Positions 9,739 through 20,854 of a stretch of 64,000 bases of DNA are shown here, piece by piece (within the stretch, counting starts at the first letter, position 1; each line of letters begins with the position of its first letter). The notes under the pieces are model-generated. The model was not told where the DNA came from. It worked only from the letters and a program-made list of their open reading frames with translations, and made no database searches. The stretch spans positions 8,835 to 72,834 of the forward strand of contig ONYZ01000010.1 in the NCBI GenBank assembly GCA_900322175.1, written 5' to 3'. The DNA comes from an uncultured Prevotella sp. (GTDB lineage Bacteria > Bacteroidota > Bacteroidia > Bacteroidales > Bacteroidaceae). A program made the position numbers and the translations under genes.

Positions 9739-11178
9739 ATGAAAAGAACAAAGATTATCGATGTGCTGCAGAGCACAGAATATGGAAAAGAAGTCTGCGT
9801 TAAGGGCTGGGTGCGCACGCACCGCAGCTCTAAGGCAGTCGACTTTATCGCCCTGAACGATGGTTCTACCATCAAGAACGTACAGATTGTAGTTGATCCA
9901 ACCAAGTTCGAAGAGCAGTTGCTTAAGGACATCACCACTGGTGCCTGCATCTGCGCCACTGGTACACTGGTAGAGAGCCAGGGTGCTGGTCAGTCTTCAG
10001 AGATTCAGGCTACACAGCTCGAGGTTTACGGACTTTGTGGCAACGACTACCCCATGCAGAAGAAAGGTCAGAGTTTCGAGGCCATGCGTAAGAACGCTCA
10101 CATGCGTCTGCGTACCAACACCTTCGGAGCTGTGATGCGCATCCGTCACAACATGGCGATGGCCATCCACACCTACTTCCACCAGCATGGTTTCTTCTAC
10201 TTCCACACACCACTGATCACAGCATCAGACTGCGAGGGAGCAGGAAACATGTTCCAGGTAACCACCAAGAACCTGTACGACCTGAAGAAGGACGAGCAGG
10301 GCAAGATAATCTACGACGATGATTTCTTTGGCGAGCAGACATCGCTGACTGTATCAGGACAGCTTGAGGGCGAGTTGGGTGCTACCGCACTTGGTGCCAT
10401 CTACACCTTCGGTCCTACATTCCGCGCTGAAAACTCTAACACTCCACGCCACCTGGCCGAGTTCTGGATGGTAGAGCCTGAGGTAGCCTTCCTTGACCAG
10501 GAGGAGCTTATGGATCTGGAGGAAGATTTCATCAAGTATTGTGTAAAATGGGCTCTCGACAACTGTAAGGACGACCTGGAGTTCCTCAACAAGATGATCG
10601 ACAAGACTCTTATCGAGCGTTTGGAAGGTGTACTCAAGGAGAGTTTCGTTCGTCTGCCTTACACTGAGGGTATCAACATCCTGCAGGAGGCTATCAAGAA
10701 CGGCAAAAAGTTTGAGTTCCCATGCAACTGGGGCGACGACCTAGCATCAGAGCACGAGCGCTATCTGGTAGAGGAGCACTTCAAGAAGCCAGTCATCATG
10801 ACCGACTATCCACGTGCATTCAAGTCGTTCTATATGAAGCAGAATGAGGAGACTGCCGATGGTGGTTCTGTAGGTTACAAGGGTGCCGTAGCCCCTGGCC
10901 CAACCATGCAGGGCACCGACGTACTCTTCCCACAGATTGGCGAGATTATCGGTGGTTCTGTTCGTGAGGAGAGCTACGACAAGTTGATGGGCGAGATTAA
11001 TCGCCGCGAGATGGACCAGACCCACCTCTGGTGGTATATCGACACCCGCAAGTGGGGTTCATGCCCTCACGCTGGTTTCGGTCTTGGTTTCGAGCGTCTC
11101 ATCCTGTTCGTAACAGGTATGCAGAACATTCGCGACGTGATTCCTTTCCCACGTACTCCAAAATCAGCAGAGTTCTAA
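9739..11178 (+). CDS. asnS: Asparagine--tRNA ligase
   Basis: [29 protein letters not shown] and GFGLGFERL. Confidence 0.95.
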   Translation: MKRTKIIDVLQSTEYGKEVCVKGWVRTHRSSKAVDFIALNDGSTIKNVQIVVDPTKFEEQLLKDITTGACICATGTLVESQGAGQSSEIQATQLEVYGLCGNDYPMQKKGQSFEAMRKNAHMRLRTNTFGAVMRIRHNMAMAIHTYFHQHGFFYFHTPLITASDCEGAGNMFQVTTKNLYDLKKDEQGKIIYDDDFFGEQTSLTVSGQLEGELGATALGAIYTFGPTFRAENSNTPRHLAEFWMVEPEVAFLDQEELMDLEEDFIKYCVKWALDNCKDDLEFLNKMIDKTLIERLEGVLKESFVRLPYTEGINILQEAIKNGKKFEFPCNWGDDLASEHERYLVEEHFKKPVIMTDYPRAFKSFYMKQNEETADGGSVGYKGAVAPGPTMQGTDVLFPQIGEIIGGSVREESYDKLMGEINRREMDQTHLWWYIDTRKWGSCPHAGFGLGFERLILFVTGMQNIRDVIPFPRTPKSAEF

Positions 11179-11186
11179 ACATTATA

Positions 11187-11223
11187 AATCCCCAGCCTCG
11201 CAAGGTTGGGGATTCTTTTTTTT
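11187..11223 (+). terminator. Rho-independent terminator
   Basis: AATCCCCAGCCT/AGGTTGGGGATT stem plus T-run. Confidence 0.8.
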
Positions 11224-12067
11224 ATTTCACTAATCTTATTCCTTCGTCTTCGATCGTTATCAGACGTCGTTTGTACAGGTCGCCGATAGCTTTCTTGTAG
11301 GCCTTCTTGCTCACCTGGAAGCGGTCGTAGATAAGCTCTGCAGGCGACTTATCGCCCAAATTGCAGAATCCGTCATTCTCGTACAGATAGCGAAGCAGCG
11401 TTTCAGCAAAGTCCAGTGTCTGCTTTCTGCCAGTCTGCTGTAGCACTATGTCTATCTTACCATCCTGTCGTACGTGGTCCACATATGCATTCATCTTCAT
11501 GCCGCTGTGCAATGGCTGGAATATCTGGTTCTCGAATATCAGACCCTGGAACTTGTTGTTCACTATCACCTTAAATCCCATATCAGTCTTCTGCCACACC
11601 AGTATATCCACCTCGGCACCATGCTGCAACGATGGCAGATCGGTAATTATCGGCGTGGTGAGATACTTCTCTACCTTGGCTGTAGCCATCAGTCGATAGC
11701 TATCCTCGTCAACCTTAATATATACTATGTGGCGCTGACCTTGCTCCATACGTCTTTTCTGTTCGCGGAAGGGGCAGAACAGATCCTTCATCAGTCCCCA
11801 TTTCAAGAATGCACCAAACTGATTGACCCAAGCCACCTCCAGACTCACAAACTCACCAACCTTGGCGTAAGGAGTCTCGGTAGTAGCCACAGGGCGCTCC
11901 TCCTGGTCCAGATAGATAAACACGTTTATCTCGTCGCCTATCTTCATGTTCTTGGTCACATAGCGCTGGGGAAGCAGTATCTCGCCCTCTTCGCCACCGT
12001 CCAGATACAGGCCGAAGTCAACTGTCTTAACGATTTTCAGGGTATTATAATCTCCTAGTTTTATCAT
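11222..12067 (-). CDS. CvfB-family S1 RNA-binding protein
   Basis: [21 protein letters not shown]1 repeats; [14 protein letters not shown] winged helix. Confidence 0.85.
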   Translation of the reverse strand: MIKLGDYNTLKIVKTVDFGLYLDGGEEGEILLPQRYVTKNMKIGDEINVFIYLDQEERPVATTETPYAKVGEFVSLEVAWVNQFGAFLKWGLMKDLFCPFREQKRRMEQGQRHIVYIKVDEDSYRLMATAKVEKYLTTPIITDLPSLQHGAEVDILVWQKTDMGFKVIVNNKFQGLIFENQIFQPLHSGMKMNAYVDHVRQDGKIDIVLQQTGRKQTLDFAETLLRYLYENDGFCNLGDKSPAELIYDRFQVSKKAYKKAIGDLYKRRLITIEDEGIRLVK

Positions 12068-12747
12068 ACTTCTTCTGTTGTTTCAACGTTTTCCGTAGGC
12101 AAGATAAGACCATCCTTTAGATGAATCGTGCGGTCAGTAATCGAGGCCAATCCCTCGTCGTGAGTTACGATTACGAATGTCTGTCCAAACTGATTTCTCA
12201 GGTCGAAGAACAGCTGGTGTAGCTCTTCCTTGTTCTTAGTGTCTAGAGATCCTGATGGCTCATCGGCCAGTATTACAGCGGGATTATTTACCAGCGCACG
12301 AGCCACAGCCACACGCTGCTTTTCGCCACCCGACAGTTCATTGGGCTTATGTGTAGCGCGATCGGCCAGTCCCATAAACTGCAGCAGCTCATTGGCACGC
12401 TGCTTGGCTTGTCGAGGCGATGTGCCTGCGATATATGCAGGTATCATGATGTTCTCGATGGCAGTAAACTCAGGTAATAACTGGTGAAACTGGAATACAA
12501 AGCCCAGATGACGATTGCGGAAATCGGCCAGATGCTTTGCCGACAGCGATGTAGTATCGATGCCGTCAACCACCACCGATCCCGTGTCAGGGCGATCCAG
12601 GGTACCGATTATCTGCAGCAGTGTGGTCTTACCAGCACCGCTGGGTCCCACTATGCTCACCACCTCGCTCTTGTCTATATGGAGGTCGATACCCTTCAAA
12701 ACTTGTAACGAGCCGAAGCTCTTGGTTATATTTTTAATATCAATCAT
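12064..12747 (-). CDS. ABC transporter ATP-binding protein (LolD-like)
   Basis: [30 protein letters not shown] and ADEP. Confidence 0.85.
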   Translation of the reverse strand: MIDIKNITKSFGSLQVLKGIDLHIDKSEVVSIVGPSGAGKTTLLQIIGTLDRPDTGSVVVDGIDTTSLSAKHLADFRNRHLGFVFQFHQLLPEFTAIENIMIPAYIAGTSPRQAKQRANELLQFMGLADRATHKPNELSGGEKQRVAVARALVNNPAVILADEPSGSLDTKNKEELHQLFFDLRNQFGQTFVIVTHDEGLASITDRTIHLKDGLILPTENVETTEEV

Positions 12748-12764
12748 CTCTTAACTCTTAATTC

Positions 12765-14900
12765 TTAACTCTTAACTCTCTTCTGATGTATCCAGCGCAG
12801 TATAGTATCATAGATACTGTTCTCCTCGTGGTGCTGAGCCTCGGTGAAGCTCATGCGCTCGTCCTTGGTATCACCATGCTGGTCGGGGAATACTATCATG
12901 AGGTTCTTGCCCGAGAAGTGCTTCTGCAACTCGTCAGGCAACCGTTCCAGCGCCGTCTTATACGATATAGTACCCTTACGGGCTGTCACTACCACAAACA
13001 GATGGTCGTCGGCTATATCGGCAGCCAACTGTGGCAACTCGTTCCAATGGCACATAAATGTATACTCGGCACGCACATTGGGATGACGCTTGTTGATATA
13101 CTCGCGGATAAGCGACAGACTCTCGTTGCGCCCGTGGAACTGTATGCGACAATCCAACTGTCCGGCAAACCTACTCAGTCGCTCCAACCAGCGATGGAAT
13201 CCAGGTTCAAACTCAGCACGCGACGGCACTGCCACACGTATACGGCGCAGTGTTGACATCGGCTGTATAAATCGCATCAGGATAATCTGGCGATTCAGTC
13301 CGTTATACAGACTCTGTATAAACTGCCCCCAGAACCTTGGGCTGATATCCGTATGCACGTGCATACCCATGATAATCTCAGAGCAACCAAACTCGCGGAA
13401 TGCGTGCTTTATGCCGTTGGCTATATTCGAAGCCAGTCGCACCTGCGTCTGCACCTTCACCTCACTGGCACTGGCCGTCTGTTGCAGCTGTTCCAGCAGT
13501 CTTAAGCCCTCTTCGCGGGCATTATTGCTTTTCTCGTCATCATATACCACGTTCAGAGCCACCAGTTCCCGATTCAGTCGCTGATTGCGCATAAACATCG
13601 ACAGATACAGCAGATGCGGCGCTATCTCGGGGTATTTCACACAGAGCAGTATCTTCTCGTCGTCATCCTTATTTTCACTTTCCACATTCCCCTTGCCTCT
13701 TTCCTCTATCACTATCTTCTTGGCCGCATGCTCAGTCATCATCGTACTGATGATACACGTAAACAGTATCATCATGATGATACCATTCAGCATATCGTCG
13801 CTCACCAGATACTCGCCAGGAGCCACCTCCAGCCTGATGCCCACCATCACCATTGCGATGGCACCAGCAGCGTGGGCCGATGTCAGTCCGAACATCATGT
13901 GTCCGTCGGCCTTCGACAGACGGAAAAGCAGGCTGGATATATAAGCAGCCACAGCCTTGCCGAATGTTCCGAAAAACACTATCAGCACCACTATCCACAC
14001 CATCTCTACACTTGAGAACAGCGTGCGCAGATTGATAAGCATACCCACACCTATCAGGAAGTACGGGATGAACAGCGCATTACCGATAAACTCGATACGG
14101 TTCATCAGTGGCGACACGCGCGGTATATACCTATTTAATATAAGACCCGAGTAGAATGCGCCAAACACGCCCTCGATACCTATCAGCGACGACAGCGCCG
14201 CACTTAGGAACATCACTGCCATTACAAACGTGTACTGCATCACTGCGTCACTATATCTTCGCAGGAAGTAGCGCGTCAGCTTAGGAATCAGCACCACGCT
14301 ACCCACACAGAATGCGGCAAACTTCACCACAAACAACACCCAGAACAGCCAACTGCTATCCTTACTGAACGATCCCGATATAGCCGCCAGCATCACCAGC
14401 GCCAGAAACAGTGATATCATCGACGAGCCCACACTCAGAGCCACACTCTGATGGCGCTGCAGTCCGTATCGGCCCACTATCGGATAAGCTATCAGCGTGT
14501 TCGACGCCATGATACATCCCAGCAGAAACGATGCCGCTGGCGAGTAGTCCAGTATCGTTATCGACATCACGTAGGTCAGCGTCAGCGGCACCAGGCACGT
14601 CAGCAGTCCGAACAGCAGGAATCGCCGCGAGTGCTTCTTCACACCCTCCATGTCCATCTCCAGTCCCGCCAGGAACATGATGTAGTACAGTCCCACCCTG
14701 CCGAAGAGCTCAAACGAGTTGTCGCGCACAAGCACATTAAATCCATATTTGCCTATAGCGATACCAGCCAGCACCATTCCGATGATATGCGGAATACGCA
14801 GTTTACTCATCACTATAGGAGCAAACAGTATGATTATCAGCACCACAAAAAATATGAAAGTCGGGTCTGTAATCGGCAAATATGATAATAATAATGTCAT
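12765..14900 (-). CDS. Cation:proton antiporter (CPA2) with C-terminal USP-like domain
   Basis: Many TM segments, FLAGLEMD; start moved to ATG 14900 (MTLLLSY) just after a TACCTTTG promoter. Confidence 0.85.
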   Translation of the reverse strand: MTLLLSYLPITDPTFIFFVVLIIILFAPIVMSKLRIPHIIGMVLAGIAIGKYGFNVLVRDNSFELFGRVGLYYIMFLAGLEMDMEGVKKHSRRFLLFGLLTCLVPLTLTYVMSITILDYSPAASFLLGCIMASNTLIAYPIVGRYGLQRHQSVALSVGSSMISLFLALVMLAAISGSFSKDSSWLFWVLFVVKFAAFCVGSVVLIPKLTRYFLRRYSDAVMQYTFVMAVMFLSAALSSLIGIEGVFGAFYSGLILNRYIPRVSPLMNRIEFIGNALFIPYFLIGVGMLINLRTLFSSVEMVWIVVLIVFFGTFGKAVAAYISSLLFRLSKADGHMMFGLTSAHAAGAIAMVMVGIRLEVAPGEYLVSDDMLNGIIMMILFTCIISTMMTEHAAKKIVIEERGKGNVESENKDDDEKILLCVKYPEIAPHLLYLSMFMRNQRLNRELVALNVVYDDEKSNNAREEGLRLLEQLQQTASASEVKVQTQVRLASNIANGIKHAFREFGCSEIIMGMHVHTDISPRFWGQFIQSLYNGLNRQIILMRFIQPMSTLRRIRVAVPSRAEFEPGFHRWLERLSRFAGQLDCRIQFHGRNESLSLIREYINKRHPNVRAEYTFMCHWNELPQLAADIADDHLFVVVTARKGTISYKTALERLPDELQKHFSGKNLMIVFPDQHGDTKDERMSFTEAQHHEENSIYDTILRWIHQKRVKS

Positions 14901-14991
14901 TTTGGCTACAAAGGTAGGCATTTTTTTGGTAAAATGAAAAAAAAAACATAATTTTGCGGCCAAATTGTAACCAATTAAAGGATTTAGCAAG

Positions 14992-16005
14992 ATGAAAGTA
15001 GCAATTGTAGGTGCGAGTGGAGCCGTAGGACAGGAGTTCCTGCGCATTCTCGCCGAGAGAAATTTCCCGATGGACGAACTGGTACTGTTTGGCTCAGAGC
15101 GCAGTGCCGGAACGAAGTACAATTTTAAAGGCAAGGAGATCGAAGTGAAGCTCCTGCAACACAACGACGACTTTAAGGATGTCGATATCGCCTTCACATC
15201 AGCCGGCGCTGGCACATCTAAGGAGTTTGCTGAGACTATCACTAAGTATGGAGCAGTTATGATCGATAACTCTAGCGCATTCCGTATGGACGACGACGTG
15301 CCCCTGGTAGTGCCCGAGTGTAATGCCGAGGACGCCCTCAACCGTCCCCGCGGCATCATCGCCAACCCTAACTGCACCACCATCATGATGGTAGTAGTGT
15401 TGCAGCCTCTCGAGAAGATTTCTCACATCAAGCGCATTCATGTAGCTAGCTATCAGAGTGCATCTGGTGCAGGTGCTGCCGCCATGGCCGAACTGCAGCA
15501 GCAGTACAAGGAGATGGTTGAGGACGGCGAGGTAAAGACCATCAAGAAGTTTGCCCACCAGTTGGCTTACAATGTCATCCCTCAGATCGATGTGTTCCAG
15601 CCCAACGGCTACACCAAGGAGGAGATGAAGATGTTCAACGAGACCCGCAAGATTATGCACACCGACGCCAAGTGCTCGGCCATGTGTGTACGCGTCAGCT
15701 CGCTACGCTCTCACTCAGAGAGTGTTTGGATCGAGACCGAGCGCCCCATCAGCGTAGAGGAGGCTCAGCAGGCCATCGCCGCCGCTCCTGGTTGCACACT
15801 CAAGGACGATCCCGCCACACTCACCTACCCCATGCCTCTCGAGACAGCAGGCAAGGACGATGTCTATGTAGGTCGTGTGCGCAAGGACATCAGCGACGAG
15901 AACGGTCTGACTTTCTGGCTCAGTGGCGACCAGATCCGCAAGGGTGCCGCCCTCAATGCCGTACAGATTGCAGAATATCTGGTAAAGGTAGGCAATGTTA
16001 AGTAA
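14992..16005 (+). CDS. asd: Aspartate-semialdehyde dehydrogenase
   Basis: [25 protein letters not shown] and [14 protein letters not shown]. Confidence 0.95.
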   Translation: MKVAIVGASGAVGQEFLRILAERNFPMDELVLFGSERSAGTKYNFKGKEIEVKLLQHNDDFKDVDIAFTSAGAGTSKEFAETITKYGAVMIDNSSAFRMDDDVPLVVPECNAEDALNRPRGIIANPNCTTIMMVVVLQPLEKISHIKRIHVASYQSASGAGAAAMAELQQQYKEMVEDGEVKTIKKFAHQLAYNVIPQIDVFQPNGYTKEEMKMFNETRKIMHTDAKCSAMCVRVSSLRSHSESVWIETERPISVEEAQQAIAAAPGCTLKDDPATLTYPMPLETAGKDDVYVGRVRKDISDENGLTFWLSGDQIRKGAALNAVQIAEYLVKVGNVK

Positions 16006-16456
16006 GATGATATACAGGGCAGCCCTGTTGGCTGCCCTTATCCTTCTCACCGCATGCGGTGGTGGCGATGACGATGGTCGTCGTCTCGGCGACATGATTG
16101 TCGGTACCTGGCAGCGCGGCTGGGGCGAAGGCGATGTCACCATCGAAGGCGACACCCACCTTAAGCCCGAAAACTTCACCTACGATAAGTTTGTGTTCCG
16201 TGGCGATGGCACTTACAATGGCATGATCCGCAAGGGCACCTTCTCTTCATACGACACCTATGGCGAACTGATCTACGAAGGCGACTACCAGTGCGACAAC
16301 AACAACCTTAAACTGCAATACCTCGACGACGACGGCTCCAAGCGCACCATTCTGGCACAAGTCGTAGATTTCAACGACACCACCATCCGTATCCGCTACG
16401 AAGAAGAGCAAAACAGCATCACCATCAGCATCATCATCCGCAAGGTCTTAGACTGA
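15995..16456 (+). CDS. Lipocalin-like lipoprotein
   Basis: Lipobox LTAC; IVGTW motif; beta-rich; exact start uncertain. Confidence 0.65.
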   Translation: MLSKMIYRAALLAALILLTACGGGDDDGRRLGDMIVGTWQRGWGEGDVTIEGDTHLKPENFTYDKFVFRGDGTYNGMIRKGTFSSYDTYGELIYEGDYQCDNNNLKLQYLDDDGSKRTILAQVVDFNDTTIRIRYEEEQNSITISIIIRKVLD

Positions 16457-16572
16457 TAGAAACTTTATTTTTCTTCTATTTCCCCGAGCACAAAGTGCTC
16501 AGAGAGTTTAGCTTGACTATTTAACTGTACAATCTGTTCCATAGCTATCAATTATCCGCTCGGCTTTGCCGC

Positions 16573-16860
16573 TTGGCTCATCCAAGAATTATCAATTTGC
16601 ACCATTGCACCATTGTACCATCGTTAGAATTCAATTTATATAATCTTGAGAAAGTTGTCACCTTGGCCCAAGAATTATATAAACTAAAAGAAGAGGTGAA
16701 CGAAATCCTTGCTGACCAGAACGACATCAATGAGAGTAGTCGCGCCCAGCTCGATGCGCTCAGCACAGCTCTTGCAGAGTTACAGGCTTCAAGGTCGCAA
16801 AATGCGACCTTAAAACCACGCAGACCTATAGGCTTTATACAACCTAAGGAAGATGAATAG
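16573..16860 (+). pseudogene. C-terminal remnant of an ORF6N-type DNA-binding protein
   Basis: Coiled coil ...ILADQNDINE...QLDALSTALAEL ending KPRRPIGF; no ORF6N N-terminal domain; 5' part is a CACCATTG repeat. Confidence 0.5.
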
Positions 16861-16973
16861 TGAACCCGCTAACCTCTGGCCGCAAGGTCAAGTTTGTGGG
16901 TATTGTTTTATACCATGTCTTCTTTTACCTTCCCTCAACGACTAGGTGGGGAATACAGTGGGAGGAGTTTTTA

Positions 16974-17075
16974 TTAATGTACCCTCAGTCTTTTTACTTT
17001 TCCTCCTGCTACATCGTCAAGCTGCTCATCGTTGAGCTCTTCTTGCTTCTTGTTGTTCTCTTCTTTTTTCATCAT
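16974..17075 (-). CDS. 33-aa peptide with a double-glycine-type leader (MMKKEENNKKQEELNDEQLDDVAGG|KVKRLRVH)
   Basis: Hand translation; ELxxxxLxxVxGG motif; own TACTTTTG promoter near 17116-17123. Confidence 0.7.
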   Translation of the reverse strand: MMKKEENNKKQEELNDEQLDDVAGGKVKRLRVH

Positions 17076-17285
17076 TGTAATGTTTAAATATTAATGACTA
17101 TAATTGATTTTGTTGCAAAAGTAGGTAAAAATCTAGAAAACGTTATATCAATAGCGGAAAAATATGTCTCAAATTAGGAAAAACCAACTTTAATAAAGAT
17201 ATATTTAATTGTTTTTATTCTTATTTTGCTTGCAGATTCAGAGTTTTTTCTTAATTTTGCAGCGGAATCAATAAAGAATTGGGGT

Positions 17286-17537
17286 ATGACATCATTTGCA
17301 TTAAACAATTTGTGGGCATATCTGCAGGGGCTTTCGCTCTCGCAGTCCGATCGAGAGTGGTTGGCCAACAAGTTGATTATGCCCAATGGAACTAGTTTGG
17401 ATACCGATGATAATGCTCGCTTAGACGAAGCATTAAAGAAATTCAGTGGCGACTTTGGAGGCTCTGCTGATGCTTTGGCTGTAGCAGAAGAACTTAGGCA
17501 GGGTGCAGAAATGGTTAGAGAGGTAGAAACTTGGTGA
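17286..17537 (+). CDS. Putative VapB-type antitoxin
   Basis: 83 aa, acidic C-terminus, directly upstream of a PIN toxin; start reassigned to ATG 17286. Confidence 0.65.
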   Translation: MTSFALNNLWAYLQGLSLSQSDREWLANKLIMPNGTSLDTDDNARLDEALKKFSGDFGGSADALAVAEELRQGAEMVREVETW

Positions 17538-17539
17538 AT

Positions 17540-17944
17540 ATGAGCACACGCAACATCTATCTCCTCGACACATGCGTTTGCATTGCATTGCTTAAGAAAA
17601 ATCCGAGCGTTATTCAACGTCTCAGGGAAGTTGGCACTAGTAACTGTAGAATTTCCGACATAACCCTGGCGGAACTTTATTTCGGGGCATTCAAGTCGGG
17701 CAAGGAAAAACACTTCAACGACGTCTCTGAGATATCCAATCTCTTTGAGAAATGTCCTATTCAATATACCCGTAAATACGGAGAAATACGCTGGGAACTC
17801 GAAAAACAAGGTCTTCGTATAGGAGATATGGATATGTTCATAGCTGCCACAGCCCTTGAGGAAGATCTCATTCTTGTGACTGGCAACATCAAACACTTTG
17901 AACGGATTCCTGGATTGAAGATTGAGAATTGGATGACAAAATAA
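17540..17944 (+). CDS. vapC: PIN-domain VapC toxin
   Basis: YLLDTCVCI, TLAELYFGA, IGDMDMFIAATAL and VTGNIKHFERIPGL. Confidence 0.9.
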   Translation: MSTRNIYLLDTCVCIALLKKNPSVIQRLREVGTSNCRISDITLAELYFGAFKSGKEKHFNDVSEISNLFEKCPIQYTRKYGEIRWELEKQGLRIGDMDMFIAATALEEDLILVTGNIKHFERIPGLKIENWMTK

Positions 17945-17990
17945 TAATAAGCTTTGCTCCCGAGTTTTTCAACCCTAATAATTATACAAA

Positions 17991-18875
17991 TTACCAATCA
18001 TTAATATTCGCAGAAGATTCGACAGCATTCTCAACATCATCAGGTAATGCAGGAAAAAAGTCTATACCAGTTATACGTTCTACTTCATCTACACTATTAA
18101 CGTATTGATCTATTTTCTTGGTGTTAGCATTATTCTTAACTATGAATCCTATCGCCTTAGGGGGCTTTTCCAAACATAAAACAACCTTATAGAATGCTTC
18201 AGGTACTATAACCCTGTTGTATCCAATTACTTCGTGTCCCCTATTATAATACAAAGGACCACATACTATATACACACCACCATATTTCTTTGCCCATTTA
18301 CGGCAGTCTGTTTCTACCCTATTCCACAAACCACTGTTCAAACTTCTATCCTGAGGACACATATTTGATAGCAAGAAAGTCTCACTCATAGCATCTGAGT
18401 TCCACTTATTATCTCCTGCTGGACACATGTGCCCTCTAGACCACGGACTCCCTCTATAATCATCATTTGTTGCTCGCGGCGCAGGGACTTCGTAATCCTC
18501 CCTATAATCATTAGATCTTGCGCATTCGCCATCTATATGAGTTGCAGGCAAATACCATGCAACCCAATTTGGGCATTTGGTCGTTTTATTATATGACACA
18601 GTGTAACCTGTTCTTTTGATTATTTGTTCTGGAACATCTTTTAGTTTCTCAGGAATCTCTATAGAGTTAACATCAATAGTTTCTTTGACAGTTTCTTCTT
18701 TTACGCCTACGGTATCAGACATGAGTCCAAATTTCTGATAATCAAAAACCTCATTATTTTCCGTATATGGTGGTTCTTCTTCATATACATATTCGGACAC
18801 GTCATCATCGCATTGGCCAATGATCAAGGCAAACACTAACACGACACTTATAAACATAATTATGAACTTTTTCAT
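17991..18875 (-). CDS. Membrane-anchored/exported DNA/RNA non-specific endonuclease (NucA/EndA type, His-Me finger)
   Basis: SRGHMCPAGD, TFLLSNMCPQ...LNSGLWNRVE, VPEAFYKV; N-terminal hydrophobic segment. Confidence 0.9.
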   Translation of the reverse strand: MKKFIIMFISVVLVFALIIGQCDDDVSEYVYEEEPPYTENNEVFDYQKFGLMSDTVGVKEETVKETIDVNSIEIPEKLKDVPEQIIKRTGYTVSYNKTTKCPNWVAWYLPATHIDGECARSNDYREDYEVPAPRATNDDYRGSPWSRGHMCPAGDNKWNSDAMSETFLLSNMCPQDRSLNSGLWNRVETDCRKWAKKYGGVYIVCGPLYYNRGHEVIGYNRVIVPEAFYKVVLCLEKPPKAIGFIVKNNANTKKIDQYVNSVDEVERITGIDFFPALPDDVENAVESSANINDW

Positions 18876-18876
18876 A

Positions 18877-20037
18877 TCATATTTTGCAAATGTAACTTTC
18901 AAGAGGAATGCCATCCTTACTTTTCCACTCTACCCATCCATTGGCTTTTTCGCCCAATACAAAACATGCAGCCTCATCAGGGGAATTACAAATCGCATCC
19001 CTCTTAAGTTTATATCCATTTTTACTATCACAATTAAGTTGGATAAATTTCCTTCTTTTTATATCAGATGCAGAGAAACGAAATGATGACGTAACTTCTT
19101 GCGCCAAAACACTTCCCTCAAAAATAACGAATATATCATTCTGTTTATCGTACATCCCTTTTGCATTGCATGACCTATTCCCCATATCCCCACGAGATAT
19201 ATAATAATAACGAGGCGGTCTGCCAACTTTTGGAGCTTTCACGTTCTCATTTTCCCTAGGACGGCTTTCTTTCTTAAGCGGTTCTTTTTTCTCATGTTGC
19301 TCTTCTTGCATAGGAATAGGTTGCTGAAAATTTTTTGGATATATGTCTGCCAATGTTTTTCCATATTCATCTTTCCAAAAACTATAATCAGCTTGGCGTC
19401 CCAAAACATATGCTGCAGCAGCAGATGCATTACGGCATTTTGAATCTTTATTTACCCTATAATACTTTTCCCCCTCTGTACAAGCCTTTCTCAAGAAATA
19501 ATCTCTTGCCACCCCTACGTCCGAAAACACAAAGAAAGCATCCCGATCTTTTGACACTAAGCTGTCCTTGCAAATATAGAAATAGTTGTCATCTTCATTA
19601 TAATACCCCCTTGCATCACATTGCCCCTTCTCTTTTATGGAAAACAGATGCTTTATTATTACTTGATGAGGTTTCGGACCATCTTTTTGATCTGGCTTTT
19701 CTTCTTTATTATGGAGAATAGAATACAAACTTTTATTTAATAATATCGAGAGTATTTCCCCAAACTTACAGTTCGAGTATTTGGTTAGAGATTCTATTAT
19801 CAGAGATAAACCTTGTTTAGTTGCTTTTTTTCTTTTATTCTCTAATTGTTTCAATTTTATAGCATCTTCAACACCCTCGAAAGGCAAGTCCTTACTTACA
19901 TAAGGTTCCTGAGATTCCGACATAATCATACATCGATGCTCAGAATACTCTTCCTCCGAATCGAAAAGATTTACTCGTTTTGCTTTGCCAAACAATCTTT
20001 CGTATTCTTCATTGATATCCCAACCTTCTTCCGTCAT
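18877..20037 (-). CDS. Protein with two DUF4357 (RAMA-related) domains
   Basis: NASAAAAYVLGRQADYSFWKDEYGKTL and NSPDEAACFVLGEKANGWVEWKSKDGIPL. Confidence 0.75.
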   Translation of the reverse strand: MTEEGWDINEEYERLFGKAKRVNLFDSEEEYSEHRCMIMSESQEPYVSKDLPFEGVEDAIKLKQLENKRKKATKQGLSLIIESLTKYSNCKFGEILSILLNKSLYSILHNKEEKPDQKDGPKPHQVIIKHLFSIKEKGQCDARGYYNEDDNYFYICKDSLVSKDRDAFFVFSDVGVARDYFLRKACTEGEKYYRVNKDSKCRNASAAAAYVLGRQADYSFWKDEYGKTLADIYPKNFQQPIPMQEEQHEKKEPLKKESRPRENENVKAPKVGRPPRYYYISRGDMGNRSCNAKGMYDKQNDIFVIFEGSVLAQEVTSSFRFSASDIKRRKFIQLNCDSKNGYKLKRDAICNSPDEAACFVLGEKANGWVEWKSKDGIPLESYICKI

Positions 20038-20038
20038 A

Positions 20039-20845
20039 TCAATAACTGTTACGTTTATATGCGTCTATCTTCTCCTTGGTCACATCAATATTACCGATAA
20101 CAGGTACTATATGAATCAAGAATCTTTGGTTTTTTCCTTCTTCTTCACTCCACAACTTGACAAACTCTTTTTCATCTGTTGCAATATTTTTCAGTTCCTT
20201 TTCGTTTGGGACAACGCGCGGAACGCCACCCTCGCCGCTTCCAGAAATAATGAGTTCACATTTGGGAATAGAGGCCAAATCAATATTGTTTTGCTTCCAA
20301 AATTCATTAAGGAAACTAGCACGCAAATACGATAACGTATAATTGTTGCGCCAATCATCAACATTAAAACTAATCTTAGACGACTGTCCCTCAATTACAA
20401 CCAAGAACTTGATATTGTTATGGGTAGAGTCTGTTTTTAAAGCAGCCTTAAGACTCTTCGTTTCCTCCAACTTCAAAATAGTTTCCTTGATAAGTTTTCC
20501 TGCTTCAATAATACTATCACGTTTATTGTCTGCAGCTATTTTATCTATGTCATCGAGTTTCAGTTTATCTATACGATATTCCTTTTGTTGATATTCAACA
20601 TCCACAGTAAACAGATGTTTTAAATACTCCCCATTATAACCGAAATAAGCTGTAGAATCAATAGAACCAACTGTAGAATATACGGTGATGATATTTTCGT
20701 ATTCATCAACCAGACTCTTTAATTGCTTCTCTTTATTCTTAAATCGACTATACGACACAACAAAAAGCACTAGCATAATGGCAAACAATGTTGTCATTAT
20801 ATCTACATAACTAGGCCAAAACGATCCGTTATTTCTCTTATTCAT
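20039..20845 (-). CDS. ZorB/MotB-like protein (single TM with conserved Asp, OmpA-like peptidoglycan-binding domain)
   Basis: FWPSYVDIMTTLF TM; IEGQSS...NYTLSYLRA...GSGE...KNQR OmpA-like motifs. Confidence 0.75.
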   Translation of the reverse strand: MNKRNNGSFWPSYVDIMTTLFAIMLVLFVVSYSRFKNKEKQLKSLVDEYENIITVYSTVGSIDSTAYFGYNGEYLKHLFTVDVEYQQKEYRIDKLKLDDIDKIAADNKRDSIIEAGKLIKETILKLEETKSLKAALKTDSTHNNIKFLVVIEGQSSKISFNVDDWRNNYTLSYLRASFLNEFWKQNNIDLASIPKCELIISGSGEGGVPRVVPNEKELKNIATDEKEFVKLWSEEEGKNQRFLIHIVPVIGNIDVTKEKIDAYKRNSY

Positions 20846-20854
20846 TTCATTTTT

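Noticed and set aside
14901..15386. N-terminal extension of the 873-aa antiporter ORF
   Set aside because: It overlaps asd antisense and crosses the divergent promoters; the real start is likely 14900
16860..17087. 75-aa hydrophobic plus-strand ORF
   Set aside because: Antisense shadow of the Lys/Glu-rich GG-leader peptide, which has the promoter and a recognisable motif
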